64,000 bases of DNA from Octopus sinensis (lineage: Eukaryota): assembly GCF_006345805.1 (NCBI RefSeq), contig NC_043017.1, positions 22,692,001 through 22,756,000 on the forward strand. The letters run 5' to 3'. The position numbers and the translations under genes are program-made. Of this stretch, positions 52,497-63,795 are shown piece after piece. Position 1 is the first letter of the stretch; each line of letters begins with the position of its first letter. The notes under the pieces were generated by a model, which saw only the letters and a list, made by a program, of their open reading frames with translations, was not told the origin of the DNA and made no database searches.

Positions 52497-52607
52497 GTAA
52501 GTTCCATACTATCTCAAGAAAATTGTGTATGTATGTAAAACTGTGACTCCAGAAACCAAAAGAAAGGGGCATCTCAAAAGTATTGTAAACAATCCACAAC
52601 AGGTACA

Positions 52608-53193
52608 TATTTCTTTATTGCCTGCAAGGGGCTAAACATAGAGAGGACAAACAGGGACAGACAAAGGGATTAAGTCGATTACATTGACCCCAGTGCATAA
52701 CTGGTACTTAATTTATCGACCCCAAAAGGATGAAAGGCAAAGTCGACCTCGGCGGAATTTGAACTCAGAACGTAACGGCAGACGAAATACCTATTTCTTT
52801 ACTACACACAAGAGGCTAAACATAGAGAGGACAAACAAAGACAGACAAAGGGATTAAGTCGATTACATCGACCCCAGTGCTTAATTGGTACTTAATTTAT
52901 CGACCCCGAAAGGATGAAAGGCAAAGTCGACCTCAGCGGAATTTGAACTCAGAACGTAGCGGCAGACGAAATACCTATTTCTTTACTACTCACAAGGGGC
53001 GAAACATAGAGGGGACAGACAAAGGGATTAAGTCGATTACATTGACCCTATTGCATAACTGGTATTTAATTTATCGACCCCGAAAGGATAAAAGGCAAAG
53101 TCGACCTCGGTGGAATTTGAACTCAGAACGTAACGGCAGATGAAATACGGTTATGCATTTCGTCCGGCGTGCTAACGATTCTGCAAGCTCACC
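52608..53193 (-). mobile_element. SINE B trimer (one head, three bodies, 184-bp period)
   Basis: Identical junction GACGAAATACCTATTTCTTTACTAC, with AAATACC at 52785 and 52969. Confidence 0.92.
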
Positions 53194-53713
53194 GAGCAGA
53201 ATAATCACAGGTAGTGCCATTTTAAGGGATAAGTACACAGGAGAGCTGCCCCCGGGGGATGGGGACCCCATGAGCTTAGGAGTGCAATGTTAATTTGATG
53301 TAGGCTGTGGCTGTGTATGTAGGAGCCCCAGTGCATTGCTATGCTTGTGGGGTGGTGACCAGCATAGTCCTGCTCCCAGATGATTAAGTCGAATTCTTCT
53401 TTTTAATAACTGTGTGTGTGTGTGTGTGTTAAAAAAGTGGGGAGGAGAGAAGGGAAGAGAAGGGGAGAGAGAGAGAGAGACAGTGTGTATGCATGTGTGT
53501 GTGTGTGTGTGTTAAAAAAGTGAGGAGGAGAAAAGAGAAAAGAAGGGAAGAGAGAGAGAGAGACAGTGTGTATGCATGTGTATGTGCGTGTGTGTGTGTG
53601 TGTTAAAAAAGTGGGGAGAGAGAGTGAGAGACAGTGTGTGTGCGCGCGCATGTGTGTGTGTATGTGTACAACTTAGCAAGTTCATACACACAAGGAAAAA
53701 GTACTTTCTTTAG

Positions 53714-53841
53714 ACAAAACTAAACTATACCAATATCTGAAACATTTCAACTGTAATTGGAAAAGACACGCAAGTAATCTTGGATTTGTAGAAATGAAAA
53801 ACAAATTGAGAGCTTTTACAACTGCTGCCAAAATAAATAAA
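53714..53841 (+). CDS. Candidate exon KTKLYQYLKHFNCNWKRHASNLGFVEMKNKLRAFTTAAKINK
   Basis: tactttctttAG acceptor, AAA/GTGAGA donor; phase 1 to 0, compatible with 52447-52496. Confidence 0.2.
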
Positions 53842-54212
53842 GTGAGAGAGATTCAAAACCATAAATTGATAACTGTACCAGAACTTTCTTTTTTGTTTTT
53901 GTTATTATTATTATTATTGGTTTGAATGGAATGTTCTCACTAAGATACAATTATCCAAATGCAACAACCAAGTCAACACTGTGTCACTAATGTCAATATA
54001 TTTTGTTAAATCACCTGCGAGGAAATCTTCCTAATCGAAAGAAAGTAATAAAACAAGAAGACAATTTTTTCTTTTAATGTCGTTCGTATTACGAAATGAA
54101 AATATGAAACTTATTTAAAATATTGAATATTGAATATTGCAGAAAATAACCGTCTAAAATATCAAATTGGCTAAATAAATGTTTATCTTTAATTTACATA
54201 CATTCGCATGCA

Positions 54213-54229
54213 TATATATATATATATAT

Positions 54230-54267
<38 letters not shown>

Positions 54268-54842
54268 ACACACACACATGTATATTGTCGTCATCATCTT
54301 TTAATTTACACACATACACACACACATGTATATTGTCGTCATCATCTTTTAATTTACACACATACACACACATCATCATCATCATCATCATCTTTTAATT
54401 TATACATACACACACATACATCATCATCTTTTAATTTACATGCATACATACATACATACATGCACACACACACACACACACACACACATGTCTATTACTG
54501 TTGCCGTCATCTTTTAATTTACACATACACACACACAAACACACATCATCATTTTTAATTAAGACACACATGCACACACATCATCATCTTTAATTTATAC
54601 AGACAGATAGACAGACAGATAGATAATCGTCCCACTTTTCCATGCTTGCATGAGTCAGATGATACTTTTGTTGAGGCAGGTTTTCTACAGCTGGATACCC
54701 TTCCTGTTGCCAACCCTCACCTGTTTCCAAGCAACAGAATATTTCTTATAACCAGACATACTTTCCATGGAAGACTGGAAATGAACATCATTGTCTGTAT
54801 GATGGTGATGATGCCCATTAACAATCATCACTTGTAACTGAG

Positions 54843-54879
<37 letters not shown>

Positions 54880-55475
54880 TACATACACATACAAACAAAC
54901 ACACACACACACACACATACAAACAAACAAACACACACACACACATACAAACACACACACACAAGCGTGTATGTATGTATGTATACTTCAGCTGCTATCT
55001 ATTGAATCCACTCAGAAGGCCCTGGTCAGCCTAGGGCTGTAGAAGACACTTACCTAAGGCACCACTCAGTAAGACTGAACCTGAAACTACATGGTTGGAA
55101 AGCAAGCTTCTCAACCACACAACCCTGCTTGCACAATGAAAAACAAAAAAACAAAAAATAGTAAATAAACTTGGCCGTTACTGACAAGCAAGTGGAAGTG
55201 GTAGCTTATACCATATTTTTTGCTAATTATTTTAGGTACCATTGTAATTTCGTGTAAACAGGGCTGGAACAAGACTATGTCGATCTGATGGAGGAAGTGA
55301 GCTTATGTGTAGGAGTGGCTGTGTGGTAAGTAGCTTGCTAACCAACCACATGGTTCCGGGTTCAGTCCCACTGCGTGGCATCTTGGGCAAGTGTCTTCTA
55401 CTATAGCCCCGGGCCGACCAATGCCTTGTGAGGGAATTTGGTAGATGGAAACTGAAAGAAGCCTGTCGTATATAT

Positions 55476-55527
<52 letters not shown>

Positions 55528-56700
55528 TACACACACACATGTATATTGTCGTCATCATCTTTTAATTTACACACATACACACACATCATCATCATCATCA
55601 TCATCTTTTAATTTATACATACACACACATACATCATCATCTTTTAATTTACATGCATACATACATACATACATGCACACACACACACACACACACACAC
55701 ATGTCTATTACTGTTGCCGTCATCTTTTAATTTACACATACACACACACAAACACACATCATCATTTTTAATTAAGACACACATGCACACACATCATCAT
55801 CTTTAATTTATACAGACAGATAGACAGACAGATAGATAATCGTCCCACTTTTCCATGCTTGCATGAGTCAGATGATACTTTTGTTGAGGCAGGTTTTCTA
55901 CAGCTGGATACCCTTCCTGTTGCCAACCCTCACCTGTTTCCAAGCAACAGAATATTTCTTATAACCAGACATACTTTCCATGGAAGACTGGAAATGAACA
56001 TCATTGTCTGTATGATGGTGATGATGCCCATTAACAATCATCACTTGTAACTGAGACACACACACACACACACACACACAACACACACACATACATACAC
56101 ATACAAACAAACACACACACACACACACATACAAACAAACAAACACACACACACACATACAAACACACACACACAAGCGTGTATGTATGTATGTATACTT
56201 CAGCTGCTATCTATTGAATCCACTCAGAAGGCCCTGGTCAGCCTAGGGCTGTAGAAGACACTTACCTAAGGCACCACTCAGTAAGACTGAACCTGAAACT
56301 ACATGGTTGGAAAGCAAGCTTCTCAACCACACAACCCTGCTTGCACAATGAAAAACAAAAAAACAAAAAATAGTAAATAAACTTGGCCGTTACTGACAAG
56401 CAAGTGGAAGTGGTAGCTTATACCATATTTTTTGCTAATTATTTTAGGTACCATTGTAATTTCGTGTAAACAGGGCTGGAACAAGACTATGTCGATCTGA
56501 TGGAGGAAGTGAGCTTATGTGTAGGAGTGGCTGTGTGGTAAGTAGCTTGCTAACCAACCACATGGTTCCGGGTTCAGTCCCACTGCGTGGCATCTTGGGC
56601 AAGTGTCTTCTACTATAGCCCCGGGCCGACCAATGCCTTGTGAGGGAATTTGGTAGATGGAAACTGAAAGAAGCCTGTCGTATATATATATATATTATAT
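54213..56700. repeat. Tandem duplication of about 1.21 kb
   Basis: Landmarks recur at offsets 1212-1213 (54621/55834, 55311/56523); copies differ essentially only in microsatellite lengths. Confidence 0.92.
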
Positions 56701-56936
56701 ATATATATATGTGTATGTGTTTGTGTGTCTGTGTTTGTACCCCTAGCATTGCTTGACAACCGATGCTGGTGTGTTTAAGTCCCCGTCACTTAGTGGTTCG
56801 GCAAAAGAGACCGATAGAATAAGTACTGGGCTTACAAAGAATAAGTCCCGGGGTCGATTAGCTCGACTAACGGCGGTGCTCCAGCATGGCCGCAGTCAAA
56901 TGACTGAAACAAGAAAAAGAGAAAAGAGAAAAAGAA
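56523..56936 (+). mobile_element. SINE family A, full length, flanked by 148-bp direct repeats
   Basis: 56375-56522 and 56937-57084 match with about 7 substitutions. Confidence 0.9.
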
Positions 56937-57180
56937 AAATAAACTTGGCCATTACTGACAAGCAAGTGGAAGTGGTAGCTTATACCATAATTTTTTCTAA
57001 TTATTTTAGGTACCAGTGTAATTTCATGTAAACAGGACTGGATCAAGACTATGTCGATCTGATGGAGGAAGTGAGCTTATGTGTACACAAACATTTGATC
57101 ACCATAAAACAAATCCTCTTTGAGGTTGTTCGGTAAGAAAGTGTTGAACCCTCATACATCATCTAATGACGGGAGAGTCC

Positions 57181-57212
<32 letters not shown>

Positions 57213-57415
57213 CACACACACACACTTTCTCCACATTGTTCTCCTTGAATTCTTGCAGGTATACAAAATACATCTTCCCTTTGATTCCATGCTCAATCCC
57301 CCACCCCATACAACAAGCAAGTCAATAAGAAAATATGCTTTATGTTACAGAACTTTGCATTATGACAAGATCTCCAGGAACACAGCATTTCTACAACACA
57401 ACAGGGGAAACTCCA

Positions 57416-57456
<41 letters not shown>

Positions 57457-57457
57457 T

Positions 57458-57717
57458 TATTGTTATATTTCGGAATGGTCATATTGCCAGTTTAGCCAAT
57501 AAAAACACACGCACTATATATTTGGTGTTATTTTGCTTCAGTGTTATTTAGTTTTTACATTAATCTTAATCTTATTTCAGCCAGAGTTCTTTCGGCGAAA
57601 TAAGATTAAGATTAATGTAAAAAATAAATAACACTGAAGCAAAATAACACCAAATATATAGTGCGTGTGTTTTTATTGGCTAAACTGGCAATATGATCAT
57701 TCCGAAATATAACAATA
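57458..57717. mobile_element. 260-bp near-perfect inverted repeat (foldback/MITE-like)
   Basis: Arms 57458-57578 and 57597-57717 are complementary with 2 mismatches; 18-nt spacer; (TA)n on the left and again at about 57774. Confidence 0.85.
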
Positions 57718-57769
57718 TCTGTTTCAACACACGACTTCACATAAAAAATCGTGCACAACAAATATTTAA

Positions 57770-57805
<36 letters not shown>

Positions 57806-59292
57806 GAGTATCTCCAAAACAAAAGTTGAATATAAATATTCTCTTCTCTTTTATATTTTCATTAACCGTAATAGGGAGGTAAGGTGAGGTTTTAAAAAGC
57901 ATAACACCTTCTGTATTTGATAGTATAATTTCTCAAAAAACTTATCAGCAAGTAAATTTCCGACTGTAAAAATATTGTATATATTTAGAAAAGAAAAAAA
58001 CTATTTGAAAAATTCTTTTAAATTAAAATGCCTCTCAGTTATTCTTTGAAATAATAATAAAATACCTAAAATTCTATGAAACATTTTAAAACTTGCACAA
58101 GAAAATGAATAAATAAATAAATAAATATATATAGTTATTTGTATCTTTTTCAGATATGACCAATAGAAATAGCACAACCAAAAAAAGGGGGGAAAGTATT
58201 GAAGACCAGCCAGAAATATGAAAAGTTAAAGGGTCATTTGGAACAAATACTAAATTGAATGAATATTCTAATAAATATTCTAATGTGTTCTAATACTGTT
58301 GAAAAATCAGCACATTTCAGTGTGAACATCATTATTTGGAATGAAATCTTCCAGGGCTTGGCATTTATGTTTAGAAAACAATTTATTAAAAAGAAAAAAT
58401 GAGAGAAGAAAAAAAAAGGTAGCTGAAGCATAATTTCAATAGATTTGAAGAGAAATACTTGAACATTATCAAAAACTAATTCTAGAATTATTCTATCATT
58501 AATTTTACTGAAATTTTATTGTCTTTTTTGAAGAATTAGAAAAAAGTTTTTCAGGAAATGTTTGGCAGTTTTACCAGACCAAGCATGAAAAGAGGAAATT
58601 CAAACCATTTTTTCTCTTTTTTTTTTTTTTCTTACTTTTGTTGCTATTGTAATAAAAATGGTTTAAAAATAACTGAAAATGTATTTAATAAAAAGGAATT
58701 TTAAAGCAATGAAAATAAATTTTGTTTTGTAATATATTACTTTCCTTTCTTAAAGTTATGAAAATAATTCCTTTTCTTTTTTTTTTTTAAATATTTTACT
58801 TTCCTTTCTTCCTATACTTTAGAAAAATAACAGGTTTTTTGAATCTATACAAAAATATAAATAGCTGTTTTAAACTGTTATTAAGAAGGAAATAACCAGG
58901 GAAGCCTTACTCAAAGAGAATACAACATACATGTTACTTCCAATGATTTAATATGCAGATCATTGGCTGAACAAAGCACTGATCAATACTGGAATCTAAT
59001 TTAGAATTACTTTTAAAGGCAATGGAAAATAAAAAAATGTGAGGAAACTGGAAATATATCAAAATTTACAAATATAAACTTGAGTTCAAATAACATCCAA
59101 CTGTAAACTTTGTGTGTATGTGTGTGAGAGAGATAGAGAAAAGAAATGAAGGGATAGACATTACCCGTGACCTACATATGTTCTCTCAGTTAAGACCAAC
59201 AGACGGAGAAAAATTGGTTTGAATAATCAAGTGTTTGAAAGATTGAAGGTTAATGCAATGAGGAAATAATGTTTATAATGTTCAAAGCAATC

Positions 59293-59725
59293 ATCATCAT
59301 CATCATCATCATCGTTTAACGTCCGCTTTTCATGCTAGCATGGGTTGGACGATTTTGACTGAGGGCTGGCGAGCCAGATGGCTGCACCAGGCTCCAATTT
59401 TGATCTGGCAGAGTTTCTACAGCTGGTGGCCCTTCCTAACGCCAACCACTCCGAGAGTGTAGTGGGTGCTTTTTACGTTTGACAATTCATCACATATATT
59501 TTAGCAATTTATCAAAAATAGCTTATTTAAAAAAATTGAACAAATCCCCTCCAGGTCTTATTTTTTTAAGTCTAGTATTTATTCTATCAGTATCTTTTGC
59601 TGAACTGCTTCGTTATGGGGACGTATGTAGTGGGTGCTTTTTACATTCCACCAGCACAGGAGCCAGTCAGGCAAGCCTGGCATCGATCACGTTCAGATAG
59701 TGCTTTTTACGTGCCACTGACAGGA
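59293..59725 (-). mobile_element. Family C retroposon interrupted by a 150-bp insert with 18-bp TSD
   Basis: GTAGTGGGTGCTTTTTAC at 59459-59476 and 59627-59644. Confidence 0.85.
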
Positions 59726-59909
59726 GCCAGTCAGTATATCAATAGTCGTGAGGCAAATCAAGAAACATGCATTATTTTTGAATGTTGCGGTTCATGTATT
59801 CACCTGATGGAAAAGTTTTTTTTTTGTAATGATATAATGTCTCCATTAATCATTTAAAAATTCATTGGAAACAGCTGTAGTGAAGTGACACATTATCCAT
59901 TTGTTCTTT

Positions 59910-59957
<48 letters not shown>

Positions 59958-59958
<1 letters not shown>

Positions 59959-60187
59959 TCTTTTATTTGTTTCAGTCATGGGATTGCAGCCATGCTGGAG
60001 TACTGCCTTTAGTCAAACAAATCTACTCCAGGACTTATTCTTTGTAAGTTTCGTGTTTATTCTATTAGTCTCTTTTGCCGAACTGCTATGTGTTTATGAC
60101 AGGGACATAAACACACCAACGTTGGTTGTCAAGTGATGGTGGGATACAAACATAGACACAAAAATACATACAGACATACATGCATAT

Positions 60188-60254
<67 letters not shown>

Positions 60255-60400
60255 ATAAAACAGGCTTCTTTCAGTTTCCATTTACCAAATCCACTCACAA
60301 GGCTTTGGTCAGCCCAAGGCTATAGCAGAAGACATTTGCCCAAGGTGCCACACAGTAGCCATGTGGTTGGGAAGCAAGTTTCTAACCACAGTGCCACTGC
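59958..60400 (-). mobile_element. SINE family A, diverged
   Basis: Family A motifs with internal (TA)n. Confidence 0.8.
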
Positions 60401-60409
60401 TGCACATTA

Positions 60410-60680
60410 TATACATTTCGCTCTCACGTCTCATGTTTGATCTTTGACTTCTGGCCGAAATCAGATCGCCATGTTGATTCGTTAGTTACTGCACGCATTT
60501 TTTTTCTCTCCTTCTTTCTGTGTTTTTTTTCTCTCTGTGTATCTTTCTGTTGAAGAGCGTAGGCTCGAAACGTTAAAGACTTGTTTTATTTATATTTCCT
60601 GAGCGCCATACTAATACAATTGTTTGTTTGTTTTCCACCTGCCTTCGTCTTTTGTCTATTTTCATAAAGCTTCCCGTTAT
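60410..60680 (+). mobile_element. Penelope-like terminal-repeat fragment ending at (TA)n
   Basis: Homolog of 40273-40455; carries the hammerhead-like motif. Confidence 0.65.
60542..60579 (+). ncRNA. Minimal type I hammerhead-ribozyme-like motif
   Basis: TCTTT-CTGTTGA-A-GAGC-GTAG-GCTC-GAAA-CGT-T-AAAGA: 5-bp stem I, 4-bp stem II, loopless palindromic stem III, predicted cut after 60574. Confidence 0.55.
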
Positions 60681-60844
60681 ATATATGTATATATATATAT
60701 TTTTTTATATATATATATATATATATACATATATAAAACAAAATTCCATGCTGGATGTATGCAGCACGGAATTTTGTCAGTGAACAGGTCGCGGTCTAAA
60801 AGCAACGAAAATATTTTGACAAATTAAATATATATAGGCCAGTC

Positions 60845-61121
60845 CGCCTCGACTGGCTTCCGTGCCGGTGGCACGTAAAATACACCAATCCGACCGTGGC
60901 CGTTGCTAGCCTCGCCTGGCACCTGTGCAGGTGGCACGTAAAAAGCACCCACTACACTCACGGAGTGGTTGGCGTTATGAAGGGCATCCAGCTGTAGAAA
61001 CATTGCCAGATAAGACTGGAGCCTAGTGCAGCCTTATCTGGCTTCCCAGATCCCCGGTCAAACCGTCCAACCCATGCTAGCATGGAGAACGGACGTTAAA
61101 CGATGATGATGATGATGATGA
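60845..61121 (+). mobile_element. Family C retroposon, young-looking, with (GAT)n tail
   Basis: CTGGCTTCCGTGCCGGTGGCACG...GTTAAACGATGATGATG. Confidence 0.88.
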
Positions 61122-61663
61122 TATATATATATATATATACACACTATCTTCTTAACTCTGTATGTTTGAGTGTATCTTCCTTGTGTGGGTATGAACATCA
61201 GAAGTCTGTTAATTCCAAATATGACAGCCAGACAATAGATTAAATTAACAACTTAAGAGATTAGAGCAGTTAGAACATATTTATAACATGCAAGGGTGGG
61301 GGATTAGCTGATTTTTTGTCAATAGAGGTTTCCAGTTGGCGTATTGCCTTTACAATCTCTTTACAATTTACAAATAACTGTAAGCTCTTATTTAGGGCTG
61401 TGATAAATACTGGAAGATATTAACTGACAGACAAGGAAACAAATAGCCAGGTGAGTTGAGGGAGGGGGGGCAGAGACAGACAAACATATATTAAAAAGAA
61501 AATATATACAAAAACAGGTCAAAAATATATTTAAAAAAAAACAATATAAACAAGCAGGCAGATACTAAGATAGCGAGACATATTGACAAAAAGACAAGGA
61601 GAAAGGTAAACAAAGAGAAAAAAGACAGTCAAATATAAATAAAGTGGTGGAATTGTGGTTTAA

Positions 61664-61872
61664 CTGTTTAGCATTTAAACCAGCCATATTCGGCCCAGTT
61701 ATTCCGTTTTATGTTTAAAGCTGCCAGATCCAGTTTCTAACACTTTCCCTACATTGTCATGCATGTAACCACCTCGTTAAAATCTCAGAACTATGAGATA
61801 ATACATCATTAGTTCAAAGCGACGTGAATAAATAAGCATTACATTTGACAGAATAATCTGAATGCTAAAGGG
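61664..61872. mobile_element. TTAA-family MITE
   Basis: TTAA at 61660-61663 and 61873-61876; termini CTGTTTAGCATT / AATGCTAAAGGG. Confidence 0.8.
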
Positions 61873-61894
61873 TTAAGCACCCCATAATAACCCC

Positions 61895-62294
61895 TACTCT
61901 TTTACTCTTTTACTTGACTACAACCATGCTGGAGCACCGCCTTTAGTCGAGCAAATCGACCCCGGGACTTATTCTTTGTAAGCCCAGTACTTATTCTATC
62001 GGTCTCTTTTGCCGAACCGCTAGGTGACGGAGACGTAAACACACCAGCATCGGTTGTCAAGCAATGTTAGGGGGACAAACACAGACACACAAACACACAC
62101 ATGCATATATATATATATATACATATATACGACGGGCTTCTTTCAGTTTCCCCTCTACCAAATCCACTCACAAGGCTTTGGTCGGTCCGAGACTATAGTA
62201 GAAGACACTTGTCCAAGGTGCCACGCAGTGGGACTGAACCCGGAATCATGTGGTTGGTTAGCAAGCTACTTACCACACAGCCACTCCTGCACCT
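61895..62294 (-). mobile_element. SINE family A, full length
   Basis: Reverse complement of the family A consensus. Confidence 0.9.
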
Positions 62295-62436
62295 ATATAA
62301 CTTTTTTTATTTTTTCTGAAAATTCCAAAAAATAAAAATGTTATGAGGAGTTATATGGGGTACTTAAACTAGAATTCTGTCATTAAATTTGTGCAAACAT
62401 AATTAATGCAGGTAGTATGAAAATGCTGACGCTGTT

Positions 62437-62596
62437 CATCATCATCATCATCGTTTAGCATCCGCTTTCCATGCTAGCATGGGTTGCACGGTTCAACTGG
62501 GGTCTGGGAAGCCAGAAGGCTGCACCAGGCCCAGTCTGATCTGGCAATGTTTCTACGGCTGGATGCCCTTCCTAACGCCAACCACTCCGTGAGTGC
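62437..62596 (-). mobile_element. Family C 3' fragment
   Basis: (CAT)n plus family C body, truncated. Confidence 0.85.
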
Positions 62597-63319
62597 AGAG
62601 ATGTTCCTCATACCAAAATTATCAACTCTAAGGTGAGGAGAAAATGATATTAATCAGCATCTAGCATTATCTTGGTTATTTCAATAAGCATGGGTAATGA
62701 GAATAGATTTGTTTCTGCTTTATTGTGACCTCATCAGCAAAGTATAAACTTCAGCATACTTGCCAAAATAGAAACAGCAAAATCATTAAGTAAATGAATG
62801 AGATTATATACTGGTAGGTAGAGAAAAGTAGAATTCTTGAAACAAATACAGTCAGATAAAATTAGAGAGACAGACAGACAGAAAAATACAGGAGACATAA
62901 ATTGAAATTAAATCTGGAGCAACACAACAGTTACAAGTGATATCATAAAGGAGTTGCTTTGTTTTGATTTTTTCCTTTTGTTTTTGATTCATTACAACCA
63001 TCACTTTGTGTATGTTACTCATGGGAGTAACAGAATTAGATATATTCCTTTTATCGGTTTTGGCCGGATGCTGAGGCTACGCTGGGATACAGATGGACGA
63101 AATAGAATAGTTGAGTAAAAAAGAAAGTCTCCCCAATCAACAATAACTATTTGTTCAATTTATTTTATGGACCAAACAAAATTTTCGTGAACACAGATGA
63201 AAGCAGAGACGCTGAAGTTTTATAGACATTGTGAGATGTGATGGGATTTAAGGGGGAAATTAACACAAAGTGAATATTATAACTCCACCCAGTAACAAAA
63301 GTAAAATACCCATTAAGCA

Positions 63320-63795
63320 GAGAGAGAGAGAGAAGGAGACTAGAAAAGAAAAAGAGAGAGAAACTAGGAGAGAAAGAGAGAGACTAGGAGAGAAAGAGAG
63401 AGACTAGGAGAGAAAAAGAGAGAGAAACTAGGAAAGAAAGAGGGAGAGAGACTAGGAGAGAAAAAGAGAGAGAGACTAGGAGAGAGAGAGAGAGAGAGAC
63501 TAGAAGAGAAAGAGAGAGAGACTAGGAGAGAAAGAGAGAAAGAGAGACTAGGAGAAAAAAGAGAGAGAAGCTAGGAGAGAAAAAGAGAGAGAGACTAGGA
63601 GAGAAAGCGAGAGAGAGAGACTAGTAGAGAAAGAGAGAGAGACTAGGAGAGAAAGAGGGAGAGAAACTAGGAGAGAAAGAGATAAAGAGAGAGAAACTAG
63701 GGGAGAAAGAGAGAGAGACTAGGAGAGAAAGAGAGAGAGAGAGAGACTACGAGAGAAAAAGAGAGAGAGACTACGAGAGAAAAAGAGAGAGAGAT
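63320..63795 (+). repeat. Purine-rich minisatellite, (GAGAGAGACTAGGAGAGAAA)-like, 20-24-bp period
   Basis: About 20 CTAG/CTAC-punctuated GA units. Confidence 0.92.

Noticed and set aside
52608-53193. Regularly spaced direct repeats considered as a CRISPR-like array (also 17140-17620 and 49020-49290)
   Set aside because: Whole units repeat with no unique spacers, there are no cas genes, and the context is eukaryotic
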